A stretch of 64,000 nt of DNA, taken from sequence record SRR20825010_3726, one strand, 5' to 3'. Both the position numbers and the translations under genes were made by a program. The notes beneath the pieces were generated by a model. It was not told the DNA's origin. It searched no databases and saw only the letters and a list, made by a program, of their open reading frames with translations. Positions 28,092 to 38,097 of the stretch are shown here, piece by piece (position 1 is the first letter of the stretch; every line of letters starts with the position of its first letter).

Positions 28092-29096
28092 TCAGAATTT
28101 GTACTTGGCCATGACCTCAACCTGCTGGCCTTCCGGCAACAGTGGGCCGAAGGCGAGATTGTACTTTCGCCACTCTATCCCGGCTTCCAGATCCTGGGTG
28201 ATGTTGTGGATCAGGTTAACGCGATGGGCTTTGTAGTTGGTGTCGGCGTCGTCATCCACTTCGACGGCTGTATAGGCGACGTTTGCCCGCCACTCGTTGT
28301 TGATGACGTAGCGAAAGCCAACGTCAAACCCTGCCTGGCTGACAGCGTCGTCGTTTTCGACATCCGGTGACGACAGGCTGTTGTTTACGCCAACACCGGT
28401 GAATGCACCAAGCCCTTCACCGTAGTGAGCATTCACGTTCAGGCTGTGAGGCCCGATCATGAACTTCGAGCCAATGGCGCCGCCACCCACGAAGTCGCCA
28501 TTTTCAATTTCGCGACCTGACGCGGTGAGGATAACACGGTGACCGCCATCGAGACTCAGGTTGTAGTTAACCGCAAGATCAGGCGTGTCGGCGTCGTTGT
28601 TGACAGGGTCCTGTGCAGTAAAACGGAAGCCGGCAACCTCGTGACTAATCAGGTTTGTGCGGAAGTTGAACCCGCCCAGGGTGCCTCGCGGCCCGCCCAG
28701 GAAATCCAGGTAATCGTGATAGGCAACGGCCCAGAACTGGCCGGTCCAGGTCTGCCCCACGGTGGTCTGATCCACCTTGATGAACGCGTGGCGAAGCCGT
28801 AGGTCGTTATTCTCGCCAGGAAAGGTGCCGCCGTAAAAGTCGCCTTCCACAAAGCCGACAATCGTATGGCCTTCCTTCTGGGTGACTGTTTTAAGGTTAA
28901 CGCGGGACTGGTTGGAACGGCCGAAGATGCGGGAATCCCCATCATCGACTTTTTCATAGATGGCTTCGGCTTTGAAATAGCCACCGATGCTGAATTTAGT
29001 GTCGTTGAACTCGCCGAGTTCGAGAGCGTGAACGGCGGGGGCCGCGCTGAGACCGGATGCAATAGCGAGCGCTAGTAATGAATGTCGATAGTTCAT
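28092..29096 (-). CDS. DcaP-like outer-membrane porin
   Basis: Signal peptide, GGYFK, SR.NL, FVEGDF.G, LRLRHAF, GQTW..F, C-terminal AKYKF. Confidence 0.78.
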   Translation of the reverse strand: MNYRHSLLALAIASGLSAAPAVHALELGEFNDTKFSIGGYFKAEAIYEKVDDGDSRIFGRSNQSRVNLKTVTQKEGHTIVGFVEGDFYGGTFPGENNDLRLRHAFIKVDQTTVGQTWTGQFWAVAYHDYLDFLGGPRGTLGGFNFRTNLISHEVAGFRFTAQDPVNNDADTPDLAVNYNLSLDGGHRVILTASGREIENGDFVGGGAIGSKFMIGPHSLNVNAHYGEGLGAFTGVGVNNSLSSPDVENDDAVSQAGFDVGFRYVINNEWRANVAYTAVEVDDDADTNYKAHRVNLIHNITQDLEAGIEWRKYNLAFGPLLPEGQQVEVMAKYKF

Positions 29097-29152
29097 TTGC
29101 CTTCTCCTTGTTGTTTGGCATTTGAACTATCGGTTATTCAGGCGTGGGCAAA

Positions 29153-29188
29153 TATCCGGTTAATGAACATCCCTATCCGTTTTTTGTA
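29153..29188 (-). promoter_or_regulatory. Pm-like tandem XylS/BenR binding site upstream of the porin
   Basis: Minus strand TACA-AAAAAC-GGATA-GGGATG-TTCA-TTAACC-GGATA, two T.CA-N6-GGATA repeats with 21-bp period. Confidence 0.65.
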
Positions 29189-29216
29189 CTTATCTCCGGC
29201 ACGGTGCAGGGTTCCG

Positions 29217-30056
29217 TCACCGTTCCAGATGACGACCATGGAATCGCAGATGGTCCTCAATGAAGCTGGCAATGAAGTAGTAGCTGTGGTCGTAGCCCTC
29301 GCGCAGATTCAGTTCCAGCGGATAACCGCTGATATGGGCTGACGCCTCAAGGGCTTCGGGGCGAAGCTGTTCGGCCAGGAAATTGTCAGCGTCACCCTGA
29401 TCCACCAGGGCCGGCACGAATTTCTGTGCCTTGCGCATTAACAAGCTGGCATCGTAGGCAGCCCAGCGCCCGGTATCGTTGCCGAGATAGGCGGCAAAGG
29501 CTTTTTTGCCCCACGGGCAGCTGACCGGATTGCTGATCGGGCTGAAGGCAGACACCGACTGGTATGTCTGTGGATTGCGCAATGCCAGCACCAGGGCGCC
29601 ATGCCCGCCCATGGAATGTCCCGCGACAGAGCGTTGGCCGGTCACTGGGAACACCGACTCCACCAGTGCCGGTAGTTCATTCAGCACGTAATCGTACATG
29701 CGGTAATGCGTGTTCCAGGGGCTCTCGGTAGCATTCACATAGAACCCCGCCCCCTGGCCAAGATCGTAACCGTCATCGTTGGCGACGTCATCGCCTCTGG
29801 GGCTTGTGTCCGGGGCCACAATGGCAATGCCCAGTTCGGCGGCCACGCGGTGGGCGCCCGCTTTCTGCATGAAGTTTTCGTCGGTGCAGGTCAGGCCCGA
29901 TAGCCAGTAAACGACGGGTACCTTTTGCCCACTAGCCACCTGTGGTGGCAGGTAAATCGCGAAACGCATGACACAACCAAGGGTGTCGGACCGATGGCTG
30001 TACTGCTTGTGCCAGCCACCGAAACTTTTGTTGCTGCTCAGGTTTTCGATGCTCAT
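29217..30056 (-). CDS. frmB: S-formylglutathione hydrolase
   Basis: [38 protein letters not shown]; start ATG 30056. Confidence 0.95.
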   Translation of the reverse strand: MSIENLSSNKSFGGWHKQYSHRSDTLGCVMRFAIYLPPQVASGQKVPVVYWLSGLTCTDENFMQKAGAHRVAAELGIAIVAPDTSPRGDDVANDDGYDLGQGAGFYVNATESPWNTHYRMYDYVLNELPALVESVFPVTGQRSVAGHSMGGHGALVLALRNPQTYQSVSAFSPISNPVSCPWGKKAFAAYLGNDTGRWAAYDASLLMRKAQKFVPALVDQGDADNFLAEQLRPEALEASAHISGYPLELNLREGYDHSYYFIASFIEDHLRFHGRHLER

Positions 30057-30108
30057 CAAGAACTCCGTGGGTGAGTCGCCTGCCATGGGCGGCAGGCGAC
30101 CGCGCCGG

Positions 30109-31359
<1,251 letters not shown>

Positions 31360-31392
31360 TCAGAATTGCTGAAGCAAAAGTAGGGTGGTGAC

Positions 31393-32274
31393 ATGCAGCG
31401 CTGGGAAGGTGTAAACGAATTCGTGGCGGTGGCTGAAACGGAGAGCTTCACCCGGGCGGCAAAACGCCTGGACGTCTCGACCGCTCACGTCAGCCGACGA
31501 ATCAGCGCGCTCGAAGACAGGTTATCCACCCGTCTGTTCTATCGAACGACCCGGCGCGTCTCCACGACTGAGGCCGGGCAGATCTACTATCAGCATTGTC
31601 GCCAGATACTGGACGCTCTTGAACAGGCGGAGCGCTCTATGACCAATATGCAGCTGGTGCCCCAGGGCCGGCTGCGACTGACGGCGCCGGTAACCTACGG
31701 AGAGAAGTCGATCGCACCGCTGGTCAACGATTTTGTCCTTCGGTATCCCGAACTCGACGTTGAAATGAAACTGACCAATCAGCAACTGGACCTGGTGGCG
31801 GAAGGTTACGACCTTGCGGTACGGCTTGGTAAGCTGGACGACTCCAGCTTGATGGCCAGGCGTCTTGCCTCCCGGACGCTCTATGTATGCGCCTCGCCAG
31901 CTTATCTCGCTGTCCATGGCACCCCGCACTCTCTGTCTGAGCTGGAACACCATAATTGCCTTCAGGGGAATCTGGGCTACTGGCGATTTCAGGATGCGGG
32001 CCATCCCCGCAATGTCCGGATTCGTGGAAACGTGCGTTGTGACAGCGGCAGAGCCTTGTTGGATGCAGCGCTGAAGGGGGTTGGTATTGTCCAGCTGCCG
32101 GATTATTACGTTGGGCCGGCACTCGAAGCGGGCACGCTGGTACCGCTTCTGACCCATTATCAGGAAGACGATGACGGTATCTGGGCGGTGTATCCTCATA
32201 ACCGTCACCTGTCGCCAAAAGTGAGAATGCTGCTGGACTACTTTGTGGATTCACTGGGCGTGCCAAACGCCTGA
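31393..32274 (+). CDS. LysR-family regulator divergent from frmA
   Basis: SFT.AA..L..S..HVSR.I..LE.RL..RL..RTTR HTH; CrgA-like effector domain. Confidence 0.92.
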   Translation: MQRWEGVNEFVAVAETESFTRAAKRLDVSTAHVSRRISALEDRLSTRLFYRTTRRVSTTEAGQIYYQHCRQILDALEQAERSMTNMQLVPQGRLRLTAPVTYGEKSIAPLVNDFVLRYPELDVEMKLTNQQLDLVAEGYDLAVRLGKLDDSSLMARRLASRTLYVCASPAYLAVHGTPHSLSELEHHNCLQGNLGYWRFQDAGHPRNVRIRGNVRCDSGRALLDAALKGVGIVQLPDYYVGPALEAGTLVPLLTHYQEDDDGIWAVYPHNRHLSPKVRMLLDYFVDSLGVPNA

Positions 32275-32359
32275 TTGGGGCCAAGCTTGTATGCCGGCAG
32301 AAAATGATTCCCGGATGGGGTAGGCTGGGGGCTTCTCGGATTTTTGGGGCTGAGTGACC

Positions 32360-32827
32360 ATGACTGAATCGACCGACCTGCCGTTCCGGTTTCGGTTTCG
32401 CGTCCGCTACGGTGAATGCGATGCCCAGAGCGTGGTGTTCAACGCGCGCTACGCGGATTACGTGGACATTTCCGTTAACGAATACATCCGCGTTCTGTTC
32501 GGGGATTACCAGAACCTGCTGGATCAGGACCTGGACATTCAGGTCGTGAGTCTTACCGTGAACTATCGGGCACCGGCGCGCTTTGATGATGTGCTGGAAG
32601 CCAGAATACGAGCTGGCCGTATCGGTAACACCTCATTCACGGTGCACCTTGAGTTCTATCGGTACGGAGATGGATTGCTGGTGGCAGAGGCTGATATCAC
32701 TTACGTGTTGATCCAGCCGTCGACAATGACGAAGACGCCAGTGCCGGATGCAATCCGGGAAACGCTGGAGGAAGGCGCTCCCGGCGTTTTGATCAGTCAC
32801 GCCGGGGAGCAAGTTCAGGATCGCTGA
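32360..32827 (+). CDS. YbgC/4HBT-family acyl-CoA thioesterase
   Basis: RVRYGECD...VVFNARY..Y, Y..PARFDD.L, G.TSF. Confidence 0.85.
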   Translation: MTESTDLPFRFRFRVRYGECDAQSVVFNARYADYVDISVNEYIRVLFGDYQNLLDQDLDIQVVSLTVNYRAPARFDDVLEARIRAGRIGNTSFTVHLEFYRYGDGLLVAEADITYVLIQPSTMTKTPVPDAIRETLEEGAPGVLISHAGEQVQDR

Positions 32828-33511
32828 TCAGCCCTGCTGCAAGGCCTGCATCACCGCCTTGGCGGTGCCTTCCGAGGAGGGCGGGTTTTGCCCGGTAATC
32901 AGCTTGCCGTCCACCACGATGTGCGGTGTGAAGTCATCCCCGCAGGTGTAGGTGGCGGTTTTCTCCTTCAGCATGTCTTCCAGCAGGAATGGCACAACGT
33001 TGGTCAGGCCAACGGTCTCTTCCTCACTGTTGCTGAAGCCGGTCACGTTGCGACCGCCGACCAGGTTCTGCCCTGGTTTGATCTCGACGTCTCTGAAGAC
33101 CGCCGGGGCATGGCATACGGCGCCAATGACCTTGTCCTGTTCGTAGGCTGCCTTGATCAGAGCGACGGACTTGTCATCGTTGACCAGGTCCCACAATGGG
33201 CCATGGCCTCCGGGGTAAAACAGGGCGTCGTAGTCGTTCATATCCACATCCGCCAGTTTCTTCGTGCTGGCGAGCGCTTCCTTGGCATGGGCGTCCTGCT
33301 GGAAGCGACGGGTGGTTTCCGTCAGTGCATCCTCAGTTTCACTGTTGGGGTCGATGGGTGGCTGCCCGCCCTTGGGAGAGGCAATGGTGATGTCTGCGCC
33401 GGCATCCCTGAAAACGTAATAGGGGGCGGTGAACTCTTCCAGCCAAAAGCCGGTCTTGTGGCCGGTATCTCCCATCTGATCGTGCGAGGTGAGAACCATC
33501 AGTACTTTCAT
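32828..33511 (-). CDS. DJ-1/PfpI (type 1 glutamine amidotransferase-like, glyoxalase III-like) protein
   Basis: TGFWLEE, PGGHGP.WDL, AVCHAP, ITGQNP.S. Confidence 0.88.
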   Translation of the reverse strand: MKVLMVLTSHDQMGDTGHKTGFWLEEFTAPYYVFRDAGADITIASPKGGQPPIDPNSETEDALTETTRRFQQDAHAKEALASTKKLADVDMNDYDALFYPGGHGPLWDLVNDDKSVALIKAAYEQDKVIGAVCHAPAVFRDVEIKPGQNLVGGRNVTGFSNSEEETVGLTNVVPFLLEDMLKEKTATYTCGDDFTPHIVVDGKLITGQNPPSSEGTAKAVMQALQQG

Positions 33512-33635
33512 GTAACCTGTCCTTTTTGATCAAGGGATGTATTCTGACAACTGCCTTATAACCTTCTTTGTTGCGGTGATCCGGCTGGAATTCAACCGTG
33601 TGGACGAGCGATCGCACCAGAACACTCATGGCGGA

Positions 33636-34457
33636 ATGATGTTGAAAAACCTGTTTGAACCAACGTTGCGACTGTTCTGTGCGCTGTGTGTCTTGACTGC
33701 GGTGCTGACCGTGCCAGTTGCTGTCCAGGCGTCTGAGGACACCGACTGCAAGACGCTGACGGTGAGTGGTAACCCCGAATACCCACCCCTGCTGTGGCGA
33801 AGCACAGAGAAGGAGGGCGTTCTGGTTGGTGCCGTACCGGCGCTGTTGCGGGAAATCGTCGAGCCCATGGGGCTGGAGGTTGTGGTCCGGGACCTTGGGT
33901 CCTGGGCCCGGGTTCAGCATGTAGCCCGCAAGGGTGATATCGATATGGTCGCGGGCGCGTTCATTACCTCAGAGCGTATCGGCTACATGGATTACCTGCT
34001 CCCCCCGATCACACATCTCCCCACGGCTGTCTGGGTTCCCAAGGGTGGTGAATTCATCTACCGCCACTGGCCGGACTTGCTAGGGAAGCGCGGCAGCACG
34101 CTGATCAACAACAGCTTTGGGCAGAACTTTGATCGTTACGCAGACAACAACCTTCAAATCGAAGGGGTGAGAAGCATCGAGCAATCTTTTAAAATGGCAC
34201 TTGCCGGCAGGGTGGATTATGTTCTCTACGAAGTGCTGCAGGGGCAGGTGAAGCTGGACAGCCTGGGCGTTGCGGACCGGTTTGAGGCACTGGAGCCTCC
34301 TGTCAGCAGGGAGGGTCTTTTCTTTACGTTTTCAAAGGCCTCACCGTGTAACACGTTTGAAATGCGGGAAGCGATCGCTGATCGTCTTTATGAACTGGTG
34401 AATGCTGGCCGGGCGAGTCAGTTGATTCGTGAGTACACCCGGTTGTACACCAGGTAG
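33636..34457 (+). CDS. Orphan periplasmic substrate-binding protein (family 3-like)
   Basis: Signal peptide (VQA), YPP, W.R......G.ID, ER...DY, GRVD; no permease adjacent. Confidence 0.75.
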   Translation: MMLKNLFEPTLRLFCALCVLTAVLTVPVAVQASEDTDCKTLTVSGNPEYPPLLWRSTEKEGVLVGAVPALLREIVEPMGLEVVVRDLGSWARVQHVARKGDIDMVAGAFITSERIGYMDYLLPPITHLPTAVWVPKGGEFIYRHWPDLLGKRGSTLINNSFGQNFDRYADNNLQIEGVRSIEQSFKMALAGRVDYVLYEVLQGQVKLDSLGVADRFEALEPPVSREGLFFTFSKASPCNTFEMREAIADRLYELVNAGRASQLIREYTRLYTR

Positions 34458-34524
34458 GAGTGAATTGGGCGCTCCCAGGCATTCCCTGCCCGGGGGTGGC
34501 ATCATTTCGTACGCTGCGCTCGGT

Positions 34525-34599
34525 CTGCTGTTTCAGATCCAGCCACGCCTGAAAAATGCTGCTGGCGTTGCCGGCCAGTTGAGTTGCTGCTCGGCTCAT
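34525..34599 (-). pseudogene. Probable 5' remnant of a HemS/PhuS-type haem-utilisation gene
   Basis: AGGAG RBS and ATG 34599; MSRAATQLAGNASSIFQAWLDLKQQ resembles the recalled PhuS N-terminus (LYRAWQDLRAE); similarity then stops; Fur box upstream. Confidence 0.45.
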
Positions 34600-34653
34600 C
34601 ACACCGTCTCCTGTTTGCATCGACTCACTGAAAGACTAGCAGTAATAACCTTT

Positions 34654-34672
34654 AATGCAAACGATTATCAAT
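34654..34672. promoter_or_regulatory. Fur box
   Basis: AATGCAAACGATTATCAAT, 15/19 match to AATGATAATGATTATCATT. Confidence 0.7.
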
Positions 34673-34818
34673 AACAATTTGGAGTGTGGTTGATCTTGCC
34701 TGATGGCATACGTTTATTGGATACCCACCCTATGGTCGTTCGCTACCTATCTGTATACACTAAAGAGCTTTGGGGCCCCTCAGTTTACAGGGCCCACAAC
34801 ACTAGGAGGTAGCAGTCG

Positions 34819-35247
34819 ATGGCAATCTGGACCCGCAGTATCCCCACCCTCGAACAAATGGCCGAAGCCAGTAAAAACACCGCTGTCGAGACCATGGGTA
34901 TTGAATACGTGGAGATTGGTGATGACTACGTGATTGGCCGGATTCCGGTCGATGAACGCACGGTTCAGCCGTTTGGCATTCTCCATGGTGGATCGTCAGT
35001 GGTGTTGGCGGAGACCCTGGGGAGCATGGCGGCCAATTATTGCTTGCGCAAGGAGAACCAGATTGCTGTGGGGCTGGACATCAACGCCAACCACATCCGC
35101 TCCGTTACCAAGGGCTGGGTATACGGAACCGCACGCCCGGTTCATATCGGCGGCACAACGCAGGTCTGGGAAATAAAGCTGGAAAACGAGGAAGGCAAGC
35201 TGACCTGTATCTCAAGACTCACCATGGCCGTCATCGACCGAAGCTGA
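34819..35247 (+). CDS. Hotdog-fold thioesterase (MenI/YdiI/EntH, PaaI family)
   Basis: QPFGILHGG.S..LAET.GS, VG.DINANH.RS...G, TQVW.I. Confidence 0.9.
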   Translation: MAIWTRSIPTLEQMAEASKNTAVETMGIEYVEIGDDYVIGRIPVDERTVQPFGILHGGSSVVLAETLGSMAANYCLRKENQIAVGLDINANHIRSVTKGWVYGTARPVHIGGTTQVWEIKLENEEGKLTCISRLTMAVIDRS

Positions 35248-36549
35248 CACGTCCGGTGCTTTACGGTTGAGAATGCCCTGTTCGATGAAGTCCTTCATTA
35301 CGATGCCGAAGCTCTCGTCCGGCACTTCCCGGGCAATCTTGTAGGGTTGTCCGGAGCTGTCCTGCGTTTCTTTTAACAGGTTTGCTTCGCGAAAGATGGC
35401 CAGCGGCTGCTTGTTTGCGTCTCGCACAAGCAGCACCCGCGGTTTGAGTTTACTGGTGGGATGGGTGGCCACTACGATGCCTACCTCACCGTTGGTCATT
35501 TCCACGATGGAACCGGGCGGGTAAACGCCAACCATGCGGATAAACTCCACCGCCAGCTCCGCATCGAACTGGGCGCCCTTGTTGCGGTGGATAATCTGCA
35601 ACGCTTCCATGGACGCCCGCCCCTTGTCGTAAACCCGGGAGCTGGTGATGGCGTCGTAGGTGTCGACCAGCCCCACGATTTTCGCGAACAGTGGAATCTG
35701 CTGCCCGGACAGGCCTCGTGGATAGCCCTTGCCATCCATTCGTTCGTGATGGGAATAAGCAACATCAACGGCCGCGTGTGCCAGTCGGGGGAGTGCCGCA
35801 AGCACATCGCGACCAAAAGTGGTGTGGTTTTTCATCACCGCGAACTCTTCGGGCGTGAGGGCCCCGGGCTTGTTCAGGATCTCGTCATCAATGCGCATCT
35901 TGCCGACATCGTGAAGCAGGCCACACAGTGCCACAGTTCGAATCTCACCTTCCAGCAGTCCCAGGTGCTTGGCAAACGCAGCTGACAGGATTGATACGTT
36001 GATGCAGTGTTCGGCCGTGTATTCGTCCTTGTTTTTGATCTTGGTGAGCAGTAGCAGAGCATTGTCGTTGCGCAGTACGCTATCCACGCAATCATCCACC
36101 ACCTGGTGGATCTGGTTCATTTCCAGGGTCCGCCCGAGCCGCAGGCTGGACATGATGTTTTTAGCCGTGGCTTTGGCATCGGCATAGTTCATCCGTGCCG
36201 TTGCCATTTCCCGGCTGGCGTCCACTTTATTGACGTAGGTGACTTTCCGCTTGGGGATGGCCGAAGGCTGTTGAGAAACGTTGGGCTTGCTGGTTTTAGT
36301 TGATGTTTTACGTCGGCTCAGCGGCGCGTGTCTCTCGGCAGTTGGAGCGACTTGTACACGTCCTTCCACGATGACCGTTTCGCACTGTTGCTGCACGGCA
36401 AGCACATCTTCCTCAGTCTGAAGAATGAAGCCCTGCAGCAGGAAATCGGTATCCTCCCACGGCCGGTCCAGACGAATCACATGCATCCCTATTGCCAGTT
36501 GGGATACCGGAATTTCAGTCTCTACGATGTCTTCGCGGCCCATTGGCAT
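35212..36549 (-). CDS. HD-GYP c-di-GMP phosphodiesterase with N-terminal DUF3391-like domain
   Basis: L.IGM.V..LDRPW..T.F..QGF, YT..H..NV, LLHDVGK, HHER.DG.GYP.GL, D.YDA.TS.R.Y; 36-nt convergent overlap with the thioesterase. Confidence 0.9.
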   Translation of the reverse strand: MPMGREDIVETEIPVSQLAIGMHVIRLDRPWEDTDFLLQGFILQTEEDVLAVQQQCETVIVEGRVQVAPTAERHAPLSRRKTSTKTSKPNVSQQPSAIPKRKVTYVNKVDASREMATARMNYADAKATAKNIMSSLRLGRTLEMNQIHQVVDDCVDSVLRNDNALLLLTKIKNKDEYTAEHCINVSILSAAFAKHLGLLEGEIRTVALCGLLHDVGKMRIDDEILNKPGALTPEEFAVMKNHTTFGRDVLAALPRLAHAAVDVAYSHHERMDGKGYPRGLSGQQIPLFAKIVGLVDTYDAITSSRVYDKGRASMEALQIIHRNKGAQFDAELAVEFIRMVGVYPPGSIVEMTNGEVGIVVATHPTSKLKPRVLLVRDANKQPLAIFREANLLKETQDSSGQPYKIAREVPDESFGIVMKDFIEQGILNRKAPDVSASVDDGHGES

Positions 36550-36720
36550 AGTAGATTTTCTCGAAGCCAGGATTGGCGCGATCGCCCGATCAAACTCCGG
36601 GTTTGTGCGCCCCAACCAAAGTATGAGTGAACGCTCCGCCCGTGTATCGCTTGAATCCTAAAATAGTGTCAAATGCTGTAACCAAAAGAAAACGTGCCGG
36701 TCATTTCAGCCTAGCATGCG

Positions 36721-38097
36721 CTACCGTCCCTGCAACATGAAGGTTTCGTACTCCAGCTTGTCGAACTTGCGCGACAGCAGCCACAGGCCGGTCAGCGCTG
36801 CGAGCAGGCCTGCGGCGGCAAAACCATAGCCATAGAAAGACGCTCCCAGTTCGATGGTGATGAACGTAAACGCAATATTGCCGAAGAAAAACAGTGCACA
36901 AAGAGTGGCGTTGATGCCTCGTGCGTCGAGGTAGAACAGCACGTTCTGGATCGCCAGCAACAGTAACTGGATGCCAACGGCGACCAGGTCAATGTGGAAT
37001 AGCGGCAGATACAGAGGGGATATTCCGATGGCCGCCAGGATTTCCTCGCTCCAGAGGAAGATTACGATGACCGTCAGCCCCTGCACCTTGAAGATCTCGT
37101 AGATTCCGTTGCGGGCCACGATGACCATCTGGTCCCGGAAGCGATTGATCCGTTCCAGGGTGTCGCCCTCCCGTACCGCGTTGTAGAAACGCTCGTAGGC
37201 CTCGGCAAAGTCGGTTTCCATGCGAACCAGAAAGACCGCCATACCGGGGATAATCGAGAGGTAAGCCAGGAAGATGGGCAAGTCGTAGATCACCGACGCG
37301 CGCAGGCTGGCGATAATAGGCTGTGAGGTGTCCGGGTGAAACCAGAAGATGAATTTGTCGGCCCACACCGCCGCATTGAACAGCAGGCCGGTGAGGATCA
37401 GCGCCGGAAAAATCTGCCGCCGCCGGGTAAAATCAAATCGGATGAAGTGGTCACCCGGATACTGCCGGATAATGGTGTAGAAGAAGCTGAAGAAAAGCAG
37501 GCTGTGGCCCAGAAGAAGGCCGGCCAGCAACCCCTCAAGGCCAAATTGTGACAGCACCATGGAGCTGACTACGGCGGTGGCGTAACCCAGCGCAAACACC
37601 ACCACAATACGACGATAGGACTTCATGCTGGACAGGAAGATTGTCACCGGCCACAGGTTACACAGCACGACAAAGTTGGCCAGCATCAGCAGGCGGTACA
37701 GCACCGAAGTGTCGCTGAAGAACAGCACCATGGCCATCAACCCCAGCCCCAATGACAGTACCGTAGTGACCCAGATCAGCCCCATCAAATTGGGCAGAAT
37801 CAGGTCATTGCGCTTGGCGTACAGCCGGTCTGCCACCCAGCGGGTGAAGACGTGTTGGAACAGGCCCGACAGGGTCAGGGAGACGGCCATCAGGTAGGTC
37901 ACCGATACCAGGAACTGAACCACCTCGGTATCAGATACCGCCAGTGTGAAACTGATCACCCCGATCATCATGACGCCGAGCACCGACAGCACCCAGGGGC
38001 CGGAGCTGATGATACCGGCCAGGCCGTAGGCCTCGAACAGGTTCAGGAAGCTGTCGCGCTTGAGAATGCGGCGTATCTCGAAACCGATGCCTGCCAT
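36721..38097 (-). CDS. pelG: Pel exopolysaccharide transporter
   Basis: MAGIGFE.R, ISSGPW, W.DK..FW, YD.P.FLAYL.I.PG, ET.F; TAATG overlap with pelF. Confidence 0.95.
   Translation of the reverse strand: MAGIGFEIRRILKRDSFLNLFEAYGLAGIISSGPWVLSVLGVMMIGVISFTLAVSDTEVVQFLVSVTYLMAVSLTLSGLFQHVFTRWVADRLYAKRNDLILPNLMGLIWVTTVLSLGLGLMAMVLFFSDTSVLYRLLMLANFVVLCNLWPVTIFLSSMKSYRRIVVVFALGYATAVVSSMVLSQFGLEGLLAGLLLGHSLLFFSFFYTIIRQYPGDHFIRFDFTRRRQIFPALILTGLLFNAAVWADKFIFWFHPDTSQPIIASLRASVIYDLPIFLAYLSIIPGMAVFLVRMETDFAEAYERFYNAVREGDTLERINRFRDQMVIVARNGIYEIFKVQGLTVIVIFLWSEEILAAIGISPLYLPLFHIDLVAVGIQLLLLAIQNVLFYLDARGINATLCALFFFGNIAFTFITIELGASFYGYGFAAAGLLAALTGLWLLSRKFDKLEYETFMLQGR

Noticed and set aside
191-29216. Aromatic cluster as a mobile genomic island
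   Set aside because: No integrase, transposase, tRNA or flanking direct repeat recognised; horizontal origin is possible but not supported from this window alone
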